A stretch of DNA of 42,366 nt. Source: Oscillospiraceae bacterium. GTDB lineage: Bacteria; Bacillota; Clostridia; Oscillospirales; Oscillospiraceae. The stretch covers positions 1 through 42,366 of the forward strand of contig JAVXKN010000001.1 in the NCBI GenBank assembly GCA_036647315.1, given 5' to 3'. The position numbers and the translations under genes are program-made. Below are positions 17,705 through 26,417 of this stretch, one piece after another. Below the pieces are notes generated by a model. It had not been told where the DNA came from and did not search any database. It saw nothing but the letters and a program-made list of their open reading frames with translations. Numbering within the stretch: position 1 is the first letter of the stretch; every line of letters starts with the position of its first letter.

Positions 17705-18754
17705 TCAGGAGGACCCTTGGGCCGGTGGGGGCGAGACATAGGGGACCAGAGGGACAGGCTCCCGGTGGATGAAGGGAATAATCAGTTGCTGGACGCTGGC
17801 AACATTCATATTTTCCTTTCGCACGACAATGCTGTCGGTAAAGACCACGGGTTCAACGCCCTGTCTGTCCAGTAGCTTGACGGCGTTGGCAACGCTTAAA
17901 TAGCCCATGCTGAACGGGTTTTGCACCACGCAGGCCTTGATGGTGCCGCTCTCCAAATAATGAAGCTGTTTTTCCGAACTGTCACACACCACCAGAGAAA
18001 CGGTGTCTGCCAGGCCCAGCTCCTCAATGGCGTTGGCGGAGCCCAACGCACTGCTCTCGTTGAGGGCCACCAGGCACTTGAGCTCAGGATGCTCTCGGAG
18101 CATCCGCAGGGCCAGCTGCTTTGCGTAGTTTACATAGCCGTCGCAGTAGGCCAGCTCCACCATGCGGGTTTCGGCGTTGGGGGTGTTTTCCATAAGCCCC
18201 GCCAGACGCTGGGCAGAAGTGGAGGTGCCCGCCACATGGGACACCACGCCAAAGGGTGCCGTTTCCCCAATTTCATCCTTGAGCAGTTGGGCCAGCTTGT
18301 TGCCCATTTCGTAGTTATCTGTCCCTACGAAGCAGGCGCGGCCGTCGAAATTCACGTCGCTGTCTACGGTGAGCAGGCGGATGCCCGCGTCGGTAGCCTC
18401 TTTGCAGACGGGGGCCAAAAGGTCGTAATCACTGGCGGCTAAGATAATGGCGTTGGGCTTTTTGGCAATGGCCTCACGGAGCAGGGAGATCTGCACGTCA
18501 ACGTCGCCTTCAGAGTCCGGGGCGGTGATGTTGCAGGTGACGCCGAATTCTCGTTCTGCTGCGTCGATGCCCTGACCCACCTGTTGCCAGAAGTCGGGGG
18601 GACGGCTGTAAGCTTTGAGGAGCACCTCAATGCGATAATCCTTCTGGTCTGCGGTGTTGCTGGCCTTCTGCCGCTCGTTCCACCAGAACAGGGAGAAGGT
18701 GAGAATACAGACCAGAATACAGGCGATGAGAATCCGATAGTGCTTTTTATGCAT
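17705..18754 (-). CDS. Membrane-anchored periplasmic-binding-protein-fold sugar sensor (XylFII-like, non-transport)
   Basis: An N-terminal TM anchor (YRILIACILVCILTFSLFWW) with no lipobox, followed by an RbsB-like type I PBP fold. It is the last gene of the regulator-kinase operon. The ATG at 18754 (GAGGGGGG RBS) overlaps the kinase stop as ATGCATAA. An alternative GTG lies at 18763. Confidence 0.65.
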   Translation of the reverse strand: MHKKHYRILIACILVCILTFSLFWWNERQKASNTADQKDYRIEVLLKAYSRPPDFWQQVGQGIDAAEREFGVTCNITAPDSEGDVDVQISLLREAIAKKPNAIILAASDYDLLAPVCKEATDAGIRLLTVDSDVNFDGRACFVGTDNYEMGNKLAQLLKDEIGETAPFGVVSHVAGTSTSAQRLAGLMENTPNAETRMVELAYCDGYVNYAKQLALRMLREHPELKCLVALNESSALGSANAIEELGLADTVSLVVCDSSEKQLHYLESGTIKACVVQNPFSMGYLSVANAVKLLDRQGVEPVVFTDSIVVRKENMNVASVQQLIIPFIHREPVPLVPYVSPPPAQGSS

Positions 18755-20558
18755 GGTCTTCACCCCCCTCTGACGAGATGGGCAGCCAAATTTCTACCCG
18801 TGTGCCGGTACCGGGGACGCTGAAATAGTGGAGCCCGTATTCCTCGCCGTAGCAGAGCTGAATGCGGTGGTTTACATTGGTGACACCGATACCCCGCTCG
18901 GTGGTGGGTTTGGCATCCAAAACGCCGGCCACCTGCTCCGCGTCCATGCCGATGCCGTTATCGCTGATGGTGATGATAAACCGGCGGGGTTCCAGCACCG
19001 CGCCGATGCGGATGACCCCGGCCTGGGGGCTGACCTTAATGCCGTGGTAGAGGGCGTTTTCCACAATGGGCTGCAGAATCAGCTTGGGGACGGTGTAGTC
19101 CATAAAGCTGTCGTCTACATTCAGTTCATAGCTGAGTTTGTCGCCGTAGCGCATTTTTTGGATGGTGAGGTAGCTTTTAATATTCTCAATTTCATTGCGC
19201 AGGGGCACATAGTTTTCCCCACGGCTGATGCTGGTGCGGAAAAGTTTCGCCAGTGCCTCTGTGACCTGTGTGACCTCTTCGGTCTTGCCGCTGGCGGACA
19301 TCCAAATGATGGTGTCTAAGGTGTTGTAGAGGAAGTGAGGGTTAATTTGCGCCTGGAGGGCGTTAATTTCGCTTTTTCGCTTGGCCTCCTCGTTGGCAAC
19401 GGCACTGTCCATCAGAGCCTTGATTTTTTGCACCATCACGTTAAAGGTACGGGCCAAATGGCCTACCTCGTTGTTACTGTCCGTGTCCACCTGGAGGGAG
19501 AGGTCGCCCTCCTCCACCAAATGCATGGTGGATTCCAGCTTTTTCAGGGGTCGGGTGATGGTGCCGGAAATCAGCAGGGCGGCGATGGTGGCGAACACCA
19601 AGCTGAGGAAGCTGAGGGTGAAGTAAAAGTTGATGATACGAATGCGGTCTCGGATGAGTTCGTTGGCGTTGACCACACCTACGGCGGTCCAGCCGGTAAG
19701 CTCTGAGGTGTTTTTGGTATAGATTTTATTCTCCGGGGTGCGTAGGACGGAGCCCTGCATTTTCAGCACCTCAGCGAAGGGGTCTACCTTAATACCCGCA
19801 TAAATCAGCTGCTGCTGGGGGTGGTAAATGACATTCTGCTTTTGGTCGATGATGTAGGTGTACCCGTTTTTCCCCAACTGTACCGTATCGCAGATAGACT
19901 TGATGGTGTAGAAGTTCAAATCCATTACCATCACCCCGGTGACATCGCCGGTGGTGGGGTCAAAGACGGCCCGTGAAATGGAAATGACCCAGTTGTATTC
20001 CCCCTGCACGATGTTCTGCACATGGGTGGGGGAGACTACAATCTGGTCCTTCATAGACAGGGGCTTGAGAAACCAATCTGTGAGATTGAAGAGGGAATCG
20101 GGGTTGACGGTTTTGCTCCGATCCCCCAGCAGGACATCGTGGTATTTTGAAATAACGGCCACGTTGGTAATCTCGGCTCTGGTACCCGCCACCATAGCCA
20201 GATGCCGCCCCGCGTTCCAGCGCAAAGTCTCCAAATGCGCGGTGCTCTCCGGGGGGATGGGTGCGCCGCGATAGGAATTGTAAAAGGTCATTAAATCCTG
20301 TACATCTTGGCTGTTACAGATCACGGAGGACATACTCTTAATATTATCAATGTAGGAGTCAATGGCTACGTTTATTTCCGCAATCAGTCCCTCGGTGTAG
20401 CTGACGGAAAGATTTTCAAAGTCCTTGATAGAATAGGCGTAGGAGATGGTGGATACCAGCAAAACCACCACAGAAATAAGCAGCACAAAAAACAGCACCA
20501 TACTGGTACGGATGCTGTAAAATTGCCGGCGCAGTTTCTGTTTAATCTCGTGGAGCAT
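18747..20558 (-). CDS. Sensor histidine kinase, LytS/YesM type (2 TM, extracytoplasmic domain, HAMP, His_kinase, HATPase_c)
   Basis: TM1 MVLFFVLLISVVVLLVSTISYAY, a ~250-aa external domain and TM2. A HAMP region (TRPLKKLE...HLARTFNVMVQKI) is followed by an INPHFLYNTLDTI His_kinase motif and a GIGMD...GIGVTNVNHRI ATPase. Confidence 0.85.
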   Translation of the reverse strand: MLHEIKQKLRRQFYSIRTSMVLFFVLLISVVVLLVSTISYAYSIKDFENLSVSYTEGLIAEINVAIDSYIDNIKSMSSVICNSQDVQDLMTFYNSYRGAPIPPESTAHLETLRWNAGRHLAMVAGTRAEITNVAVISKYHDVLLGDRSKTVNPDSLFNLTDWFLKPLSMKDQIVVSPTHVQNIVQGEYNWVISISRAVFDPTTGDVTGVMVMDLNFYTIKSICDTVQLGKNGYTYIIDQKQNVIYHPQQQLIYAGIKVDPFAEVLKMQGSVLRTPENKIYTKNTSELTGWTAVGVVNANELIRDRIRIINFYFTLSFLSLVFATIAALLISGTITRPLKKLESTMHLVEEGDLSLQVDTDSNNEVGHLARTFNVMVQKIKALMDSAVANEEAKRKSEINALQAQINPHFLYNTLDTIIWMSASGKTEEVTQVTEALAKLFRTSISRGENYVPLRNEIENIKSYLTIQKMRYGDKLSYELNVDDSFMDYTVPKLILQPIVENALYHGIKVSPQAGVIRIGAVLEPRRFIITISDNGIGMDAEQVAGVLDAKPTTERGIGVTNVNHRIQLCYGEEYGLHYFSVPGTGTRVEIWLPISSEGGEDHA

Positions 20559-20569
20559 ATCGCGCCTCC

Positions 20570-22168
20570 TTACGGTTCACCCGCGTTTTCGGAATGGGAG
20601 AGATTGCGGTATTCCCGCGGCGTGAGCCCGGTGATGCGCTTAAAGGTGACGGAGAAGTAATGGGGGTCGGCAAAGCCTACCAGTTGGGCGATTTCCCCGG
20701 CCCGTTTCTCCGTGTGCTCCAGCTGCTGCTTGGCCTTTTCAATCCGCACTTGGGTGAGATATTCCACAAAGGTGCAGCCGGTGGTGGCCTTAAAGCGGGC
20801 GGAAAAATAACTGATGCTAATGGAAAATTTGTCCCGCATGGTGTTGAGGGACAAATCCTCGTCGTTGAAGTGCTCCTTAATATAGCTCTCCGCCATGCGG
20901 ACCCGGGACACCGCGTCGTCCTCATTAAACCGCTCAAAACTGTCGAAGGCGGAGTTGCAGACGGAGAGTAGGAGGGTTTTCAGCTGGGGCAGGGTAGCGT
21001 CGGCAAAGAAATTGGACTTATCCAGTTCTCGCTCCAGTCGCTCCCGCTCCTCCCGGCTGAGGTATTCGCCGATTAAATCCAGCAGCAGCAGCACAATGCG
21101 CTGGCAGTACCGCAGGCACTGATGATAGGGCACCTTTTGGTTCTGCAGACAGTCAAACAGCTTGCAGACGGCGGCCTGTCCGTCTGCCCGGTTGCCCCGC
21201 CTCACGGCCTCACCAAAGGTGTGCTCAATAGCGGGGTAGTCTAAATCGCCGGCGGCGGGCAGTGTCACGTCATCGCTACATATATAAGGTATAGTGCCGT
21301 AGAAAAAACGGTAGTGAAGTGCCATAGCGGCCTGCTGATAGGATTCGTACAGCAGGGAAGGGCTGGTGACGGTTGCGCCGATGCCGGCGGTGGCGGCCTC
21401 GCCGATGCCGGTGCAGGCCTGGGCAATGCGTCCGGCAAGCTCCTTGGCGGTCTCCTGTAAAGTTTCTTCAGACCTGCCGCAGAGAATGACGCAGTAGGTG
21501 TCCTTAACCGGGGCACTGAGCACAAGGCCCGGCGTGTCCTCGGTCAGTTCTCCGGCGATGTTGCCCAGCCCGTAGCGCAGCAGCTCATTGTTGCGGTTCT
21601 GCTGGGCGGAGACAGCGGTGGGGAGGCTTAAATCAATAGCCATCACCAGCCAGAAAGGGCAGTCACAGGGGATTTTATGGACCCGCAGTCCGTCACAGAT
21701 GGTCTTTTCATCCAGCTGTGCGGTGAGGAGACTTGTCAAAAACCGCTCCCGGGCCAATGCGTCAAATTCATCGGTGTTTTTCACCCGCCGGTCGTCCAGT
21801 TCATTACAGAGTTTGGCGGCCAGCTCACGGAGCGTGTTGGGGGTGATGGGCTTGAGTACATAGTCATATACCTTCAGCTTAATCGCCTTGTGGGCATAGG
21901 AGAAGTCGTCGTACCCGGTGAGCATTACCACCAGCGTGGCGGGAAAATGCTCTGCAATATAGGCGGTGAGTTGTACCCCGTCCACAAAGGGCATACAGAT
22001 ATCAGTGATGACGGCGTGGGGCACAAAGCCCCCCTCCATGGCATCGATGGCGGCTTGACCGTGGGCACAGGCCACCGGCGTTTCAAAGCCCAAGTCATTC
22101 CAATGCAGGGTGCTCACCATGGCATTGAGCACCTCGGGCTCGTCCTCAACCAACAAAATCTTGTACAT
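20570..22168 (-). CDS. Response regulator with CheY receiver and AraC-type HTH output (YesN-like)
   Basis: MYKILLVEDEPEVL...ITDICMPFVDG receiver domain and a C-terminal AraC HTH (ISYFSARFKATTGCTFVEYL ... PHYFSVTFKRITGLTPREYR). ATG at 22168 with an AAGGGAG RBS. The kinase RBS overlaps its stop codon. Confidence 0.85.
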   Translation of the reverse strand: MYKILLVEDEPEVLNAMVSTLHWNDLGFETPVACAHGQAAIDAMEGGFVPHAVITDICMPFVDGVQLTAYIAEHFPATLVVMLTGYDDFSYAHKAIKLKVYDYVLKPITPNTLRELAAKLCNELDDRRVKNTDEFDALARERFLTSLLTAQLDEKTICDGLRVHKIPCDCPFWLVMAIDLSLPTAVSAQQNRNNELLRYGLGNIAGELTEDTPGLVLSAPVKDTYCVILCGRSEETLQETAKELAGRIAQACTGIGEAATAGIGATVTSPSLLYESYQQAAMALHYRFFYGTIPYICSDDVTLPAAGDLDYPAIEHTFGEAVRRGNRADGQAAVCKLFDCLQNQKVPYHQCLRYCQRIVLLLLDLIGEYLSREERERLERELDKSNFFADATLPQLKTLLLSVCNSAFDSFERFNEDDAVSRVRMAESYIKEHFNDEDLSLNTMRDKFSISISYFSARFKATTGCTFVEYLTQVRIEKAKQQLEHTEKRAGEIAQLVGFADPHYFSVTFKRITGLTPREYRNLSHSENAGEP

Positions 22169-22438
22169 AGGTGCTCCCTTCCTATCCGATGTAAAGAAGA
22201 ACTCTTTGTGACAGTATACCACATGTTTACAGGAAAACAAACAGAAAATCTCCCGAATTTTACAGGTGCATCGGAGAAAGAATGTGGGTTTGTGAGCGGA
22301 AAAGTGAAATCACGACCATTTTAAGTAGGATAATCAATAGCCTTTTTGGAGAGGCAACGTTATAATAGCGGTAGCGAAAAAAGATGGGGCCGCCGCGCGG
22401 ATTGTGCGCGGGCCGAGAATACGAGCAGAGGTGATTTT

Positions 22439-23968
22439 GTGAGCCAGACTTCTACAACGCAGGTATCTGCAAAGGGAGCGCAGAGCCCGGTGATATTATC
22501 CATGGAAGGGATTGACAAGCGTTTCCCCGGGGTACACGCATTGAAAAAGTGCAACCTTGAGTTGCGCCGCGGCGAAGTCCACGCATTGGTGGGCGAAAAC
22601 GGTGCCGGCAAGTCTACCATGATGAAGGTGCTCACCGGTATCTATAAGGCCGATGAAGGACAAATCCTTTACAACGGTCAGCCGGTTGAGTTCAAAAATC
22701 CCAAGGAGGCCCAAAAAGCGGGCATTTCCATCGTCCATCAGGAATTAAACCTGATGAACCATCTGACAGCGGCACAGAACATTTTTATTGGGCGCGAGAG
22801 CGATAGCTTTTTCCTCAACGACAAGAAAATCAACGAGGAGACCCAAAAGCTGTTCGACCAGCTAAAGCTTGGCTTTAAGCCCACCGATAAAGTGGGAAGC
22901 CTCACGGTAGGCAAGCAGCAGATGATTGAAATCAGCAAGGCGATTTCCTTCGACTCCGCCGTCCTCATTCTGGACGAACCCACGGCAGCACTTACCGAGG
23001 CGGAGATTACAGAACTCTTTAAGACCATGAACCACCTCCGTGACCAGGGTGTCACCATGGTGTACATCTCCCACCGCATGGACGAAATCATGCAGATTGC
23101 AGACCGTATCACAGTCATGCGTGACGGCGAATACATCACCACCCTCAACACCCCGGAGACCAACCTGGATGAGATTATCAACGCCATGGTAGGCCGTACC
23201 ATTTATGAGGAGCCCAAGACAAAGTCTAATGTGGAACCTAACGCGCCGGTGGTTTTAGAGGTTCAGAACCTAAAGTCCGCAGACGTAAAAGATGTCTCCT
23301 TCCAGCTCCATAAGGGCGAAATTCTGGGCTTTGCAGGTCTGATGGGCGCGGGGCGTACCGAGGCGGCGCGTCTGATTTTCGGCGCGGACCCCATGACCGG
23401 CGGTACCATTCTTCGCGACGGCAAAGAGATTAAAATTAAATCCCCCGGCGACGCGGTGAGTGCCGGTATCGGCTATCTCTCCGAGGACCGTAAGCGGTTC
23501 GGTCTGGCAGTGGGTCTTTCCATTGCGGACAACGCGGTGCTGGCAAGCCTGGAGGAATTCAGCAAAGCGGGCTTCGTGGACGAAAAGAAAGTGGAGAAAA
23601 CCACCGAGGATTACGTTGAGCGCATCAATATTAAAACCCCCAGCACCAAGCAGCTCATCAGAAACCTCTCCGGCGGCAACCAGCAAAAGGTCATCATTGC
23701 CAAGTGGCTGGTGCGCAGCTGCGACGTGCTGATTTTCGACGAGCCCACCCGGGGCATCGACGTAGGTGCAAAGAGCGAAATTTACAAGCTGATGAACGAG
23801 CTTGCAGCCGAGGGAAAAGCAATTATTATGATTAGTTCCGAGCTGCAGGAAGTCATGCGTATGAGCGACCGTGTGGTTTGCATGTGCGAAGGCAGGCTGA
23901 CGAAAATCCTGGATATCCAAGATGCAACTCAGGAAGTTATCATGAAATACGCGACACAACGAAGCTAA
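22439..23968 (+). CDS. Sugar ABC transporter ATP-binding protein (duplicated ABC domains, RbsA/XylG/MglA type)
   Basis: Walker A GENGAGKST, LSGGNQQK signature and a degenerate second Walker A GLMGAGRTE. The probable GTG start at 22439 follows a GAGGTG RBS. The track ORF from 22346 is over-extended. Confidence 0.9.
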   Translation: MSQTSTTQVSAKGAQSPVILSMEGIDKRFPGVHALKKCNLELRRGEVHALVGENGAGKSTMMKVLTGIYKADEGQILYNGQPVEFKNPKEAQKAGISIVHQELNLMNHLTAAQNIFIGRESDSFFLNDKKINEETQKLFDQLKLGFKPTDKVGSLTVGKQQMIEISKAISFDSAVLILDEPTAALTEAEITELFKTMNHLRDQGVTMVYISHRMDEIMQIADRITVMRDGEYITTLNTPETNLDEIINAMVGRTIYEEPKTKSNVEPNAPVVLEVQNLKSADVKDVSFQLHKGEILGFAGLMGAGRTEAARLIFGADPMTGGTILRDGKEIKIKSPGDAVSAGIGYLSEDRKRFGLAVGLSIADNAVLASLEEFSKAGFVDEKKVEKTTEDYVERINIKTPSTKQLIRNLSGGNQQKVIIAKWLVRSCDVLIFDEPTRGIDVGAKSEIYKLMNELAAEGKAIIMISSELQEVMRMSDRVVCMCEGRLTKILDIQDATQEVIMKYATQRS

Positions 23969-23982
23969 GGGTGGTCATAAAG

Positions 23983-24951
23983 ATGGAAAAAAAGTTAAAT
24001 TTGCAGAAACTCCTTGCTCCTGCAGCACTGGTTATCCTCTACATATTCTTTGCGATTTTTGGCAACAACTTCTTCTCGACCTCTACGCTGGTCAGTATTC
24101 TGGATAGTACCTACTTTGTAGGCCTTTTGGCCTTCGGCATCACCTTCGTCATCATTACCGGCGGCATCGACTTGTCCATCGGTACCAACATGATGATGAG
24201 CGCGCTGCTGGCAGGTTACTTCTACACCTTGGGCCTGAACATCTGGATTTGTATCATGCTCATCGTCATTATCTCTACCGTGGTTGGCTTCATCAACGGC
24301 GTTCTGGTCTCCCGTCTGAAGCTGCCCCCCTTCATTGCCACTCTGGGCATGATGATGATGACACAGGGCGTAGGCGCAATCATCACCAAGGTGCAGACCC
24401 AGCGTTTCCCCTCCGGCTTTGATGCCGATGGTGCCTATAAGGCCTTCTTCTACAAGACCCCCGGCGGGTTCCCCAGCGGCATTATCTTCATGCTGGTGTT
24501 CTTCGTCATCGCGGCAGTCCTGCTGAATAAGACCCGTTTCGGCCGCTACACCTACGCTTTAGGCTCCAACGAAGAGGCAGTGCGTCTCTCCGGCGTGGAT
24601 ACCAAGAAGTGGAAAACCCTTGTCTACGCAGTCTGCGGATTCTTCTGCGGCCTTGCAGGTATCGTCTACGCAGCCACCTATACCACCATCATCCCCGGCA
24701 CCGGCAACGGCCTTGAAATGAACGCCATCGCGGCCGTCATCATCGGCGGTACCTCCATGGCAGGCGGCGTTGGTACCATGGGCGGCACTCTCATCGGCGC
24801 GTTCCTCATGAGCGTTCTGAAAACCGGCCTTATGTCCATGGGTCTCCAGGGCCACTTCCAGACCTTCTTCACCGGCCTTGTGGTTATTCTGGCAGTGCTG
24901 CTGGACATCTACCGCAACAAGCGTGCCTCCGCCGTGAAGAAAACCGACTAA
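23983..24951 (+). CDS. Sugar ABC transporter permease (RbsC/XylH type)
   Basis: ~322-aa polytopic protein with a GGIDLSIG motif and a typical RbsC-family C-terminal half. ATG at 23983. Confidence 0.85.
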   Translation: MEKKLNLQKLLAPAALVILYIFFAIFGNNFFSTSTLVSILDSTYFVGLLAFGITFVIITGGIDLSIGTNMMMSALLAGYFYTLGLNIWICIMLIVIISTVVGFINGVLVSRLKLPPFIATLGMMMMTQGVGAIITKVQTQRFPSGFDADGAYKAFFYKTPGGFPSGIIFMLVFFVIAAVLLNKTRFGRYTYALGSNEEAVRLSGVDTKKWKTLVYAVCGFFCGLAGIVYAATYTTIIPGTGNGLEMNAIAAVIIGGTSMAGGVGTMGGTLIGAFLMSVLKTGLMSMGLQGHFQTFFTGLVVILAVLLDIYRNKRASAVKKTD

Positions 24952-25021
24952 TCCCCACCGTCACCATGTTATTCGCAGTACTCAGTGCTGTGTAATAAAA
25001 AAATATTAGGAGGAAATCCAA

Positions 25022-26137
25022 ATGAAGAAAAAGTTACTTGCTCTTGCTCTGGCATCTGCTCTCGCACTTTCTCTGGTAGGCTGCGCACCGAAGGCACCCC
25101 CCGAGGTAAGCCCCAGCGACACCGCTGTCACCGATCAGCCCACCACCGAAAAACCCTATATCGCTGTTGTCTCCAAGGGCTTCCAGCATCAGTTCTGGCA
25201 GGTCGTTAAGAAGGGTGCCGAGCAGGCAGCCAAGGATTTCAATGTTGAAATCACCTTTGATGGCCCTCCCACCGAGTCTGACATCGCAATCCAGGTTGAT
25301 ATGCTGAAGTCCGCAATGGACAAAAAGCCCGCCGCCGTCTGCCTTGCCGCTCTGGATACAGAGTCCGTCAAGGAGCAGCTCAATGCCATGCAGAAGGCCG
25401 GTATCCCCGTCGTCGGCTTTGACTCCGGCGTGCCCAATGCTCCCGAGGGCTCCATCTATGCAACCGCTTCCACCGACAACGCCGCTGCTGCTGCTCTGGC
25501 AGCTCAGCACCTCTTTGATGAGCCCAGCTTCAAGGCCGCTCTGGATGCAGCTTCTGCTGATAAGCCCATCACCGTAGCCGTCCTTTCTCAGGATGCTACC
25601 TCCGAGTCCATCATCTCCCGTACCTCCGGCTTCGTTGACAAGCTGGTGGAACTGGTTGGTGCTGACAACGCGAAGGTCATTGGCCACGACAAGTATGCCA
25701 AGGATGCCGCTGCTGCCAAGCTCATCATCAACGTGAACGTCACTGCTACCACCTCCGCCACCGACATGAAGTCCGGTGCTGAGGCTCTTCTGGGCCAGAC
25801 CCCCATCGCCATCTATGGTTCCAACGAGAACGCCGCCGGTGGTATCCTGGCAGCTTCCAACGATGGTAACGACTTCAACAAGGAAAACGGCAAGTTCAAG
25901 AGCATCATCGCAATCGGCTTCGATGCCGGCAAGACCCAGCGTACCGCTGTTCAGAATCAGTGGTTCCTCGGTTCTGTGACTCAGGATCCGTACCAGATCG
26001 GCTACAAGGCCGTTTCTCTGGCTGTTGACGCACTGGCCGGCAAGGCTGCTGCAAGCCCCATCGTGGACACCGGCGCAAAGTGGTACAACTCTGAGAACCT
26101 CTCCGATCCCATGATTTCTGACCTGGTCTACGAATAA
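25022..26137 (+). CDS. Sugar ABC transporter substrate-binding lipoprotein (type I PBP, RbsB-like)
   Basis: The signal peptide has a lipobox (LALSLVGC), followed by a Pro/Thr-rich linker and a PBP fold (YIAVVSKGFQHQFWQVVKKGAEQAAKD). Codon usage suggests high expression. Confidence 0.85.
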   Translation: MKKKLLALALASALALSLVGCAPKAPPEVSPSDTAVTDQPTTEKPYIAVVSKGFQHQFWQVVKKGAEQAAKDFNVEITFDGPPTESDIAIQVDMLKSAMDKKPAAVCLAALDTESVKEQLNAMQKAGIPVVGFDSGVPNAPEGSIYATASTDNAAAAALAAQHLFDEPSFKAALDAASADKPITVAVLSQDATSESIISRTSGFVDKLVELVGADNAKVIGHDKYAKDAAAAKLIINVNVTATTSATDMKSGAEALLGQTPIAIYGSNENAAGGILAASNDGNDFNKENGKFKSIIAIGFDAGKTQRTAVQNQWFLGSVTQDPYQIGYKAVSLAVDALAGKAAASPIVDTGAKWYNSENLSDPMISDLVYE

Positions 26138-26170
26138 GCTACAAAGCTTAGTCACCTAACAGGTTACATA

Positions 26171-26213
26171 CAACCGCCCTCCATCCCACGGGATGGAGGG
26201 CGGTTGTTTTTTT
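26171..26213 (+). terminator. Rho-independent terminator of the ABC transporter operon
   Basis: 16-bp stem CAACCGCCCTCCATCC/GGATGGAGGGCGGTTG (26171-26186 / 26191-26206) followed by a 7-nt T run. Confidence 0.9.
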
Positions 26214-26309
26214 GCACAGATTTCAGTGGTCAAAACTGTAAATACTCACAAATCAACATTTACGGCCTTGAAAAACAACACAAAACATCAAATATGATGT
26301 GAGATTGTG

Positions 26310-26338
26310 TTGACTTCGCATTTTGGGCGGCGTATAAT
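26310..26338 (+). promoter_or_regulatory. Near-consensus sigma-A promoter of the GRM operon (TTGACT-17 nt-TATAAT)
   Basis: TTGACT at 26310-26315 and TATAAT at 26333-26338, with a 17-nt spacer. It lies in an AT-rich 200-nt gap after the upstream terminator, ~80 nt before the GRE ATG. Confidence 0.6.
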
Positions 26339-26417
26339 GTACCCATGAAAGTCAGTAAAGTTGCCGTCGCCCTGTGCTGTAAGCACTGTTGGGCGTTTGG
26401 GGGAAAAGGAGAACATC

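Noticed and set aside
22346-22438. 5'-extended versions of several track ORFs (22346, 23878, 26361, 34033, 34462, 8208, 9086, 2891, 36115, 32501)
   Set aside because: The extensions overlap upstream genes or terminators, lack an RBS and add non-homologous residues. Internal ATG or GTG codons with good Shine-Dalgarno spacing align with family N-termini.
25034-26155. 373-aa minus-strand ORF covering the whole SBP lipoprotein gene. Similar long antisense ORFs lie at 14961-16019, 28323-29204, 30231-31295, 31649-32302, 32777-33487, 36310-37392 and 38153-38887.
   Set aside because: All are mirror frames of confidently identified genes. They lack start context and recognisable domains, and their length is explained by stop-codon depletion in GC-rich sequence.
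26238-26263. Inverted repeat GTAAAT-N14-ATTTAC upstream of the GRM promoter as an operator
   Set aside because: It has only 6-bp arms in an AT-rich region and is not repeated at the internal promoter or the other island promoters. That is too weak to call.
26214-26417. Cobalamin riboswitch (or other riboswitch) in the GRM leader; fluoride riboswitch upstream of the ClC gene (1568-1646)
   Set aside because: The leaders are short (~80 nt and <40 nt). They are AT-rich and lack the long conserved helices and B12-box or crcB-motif sequences as far as I can see by eye. A covariance-model scan (Rfam/Infernal) would be the decisive check.
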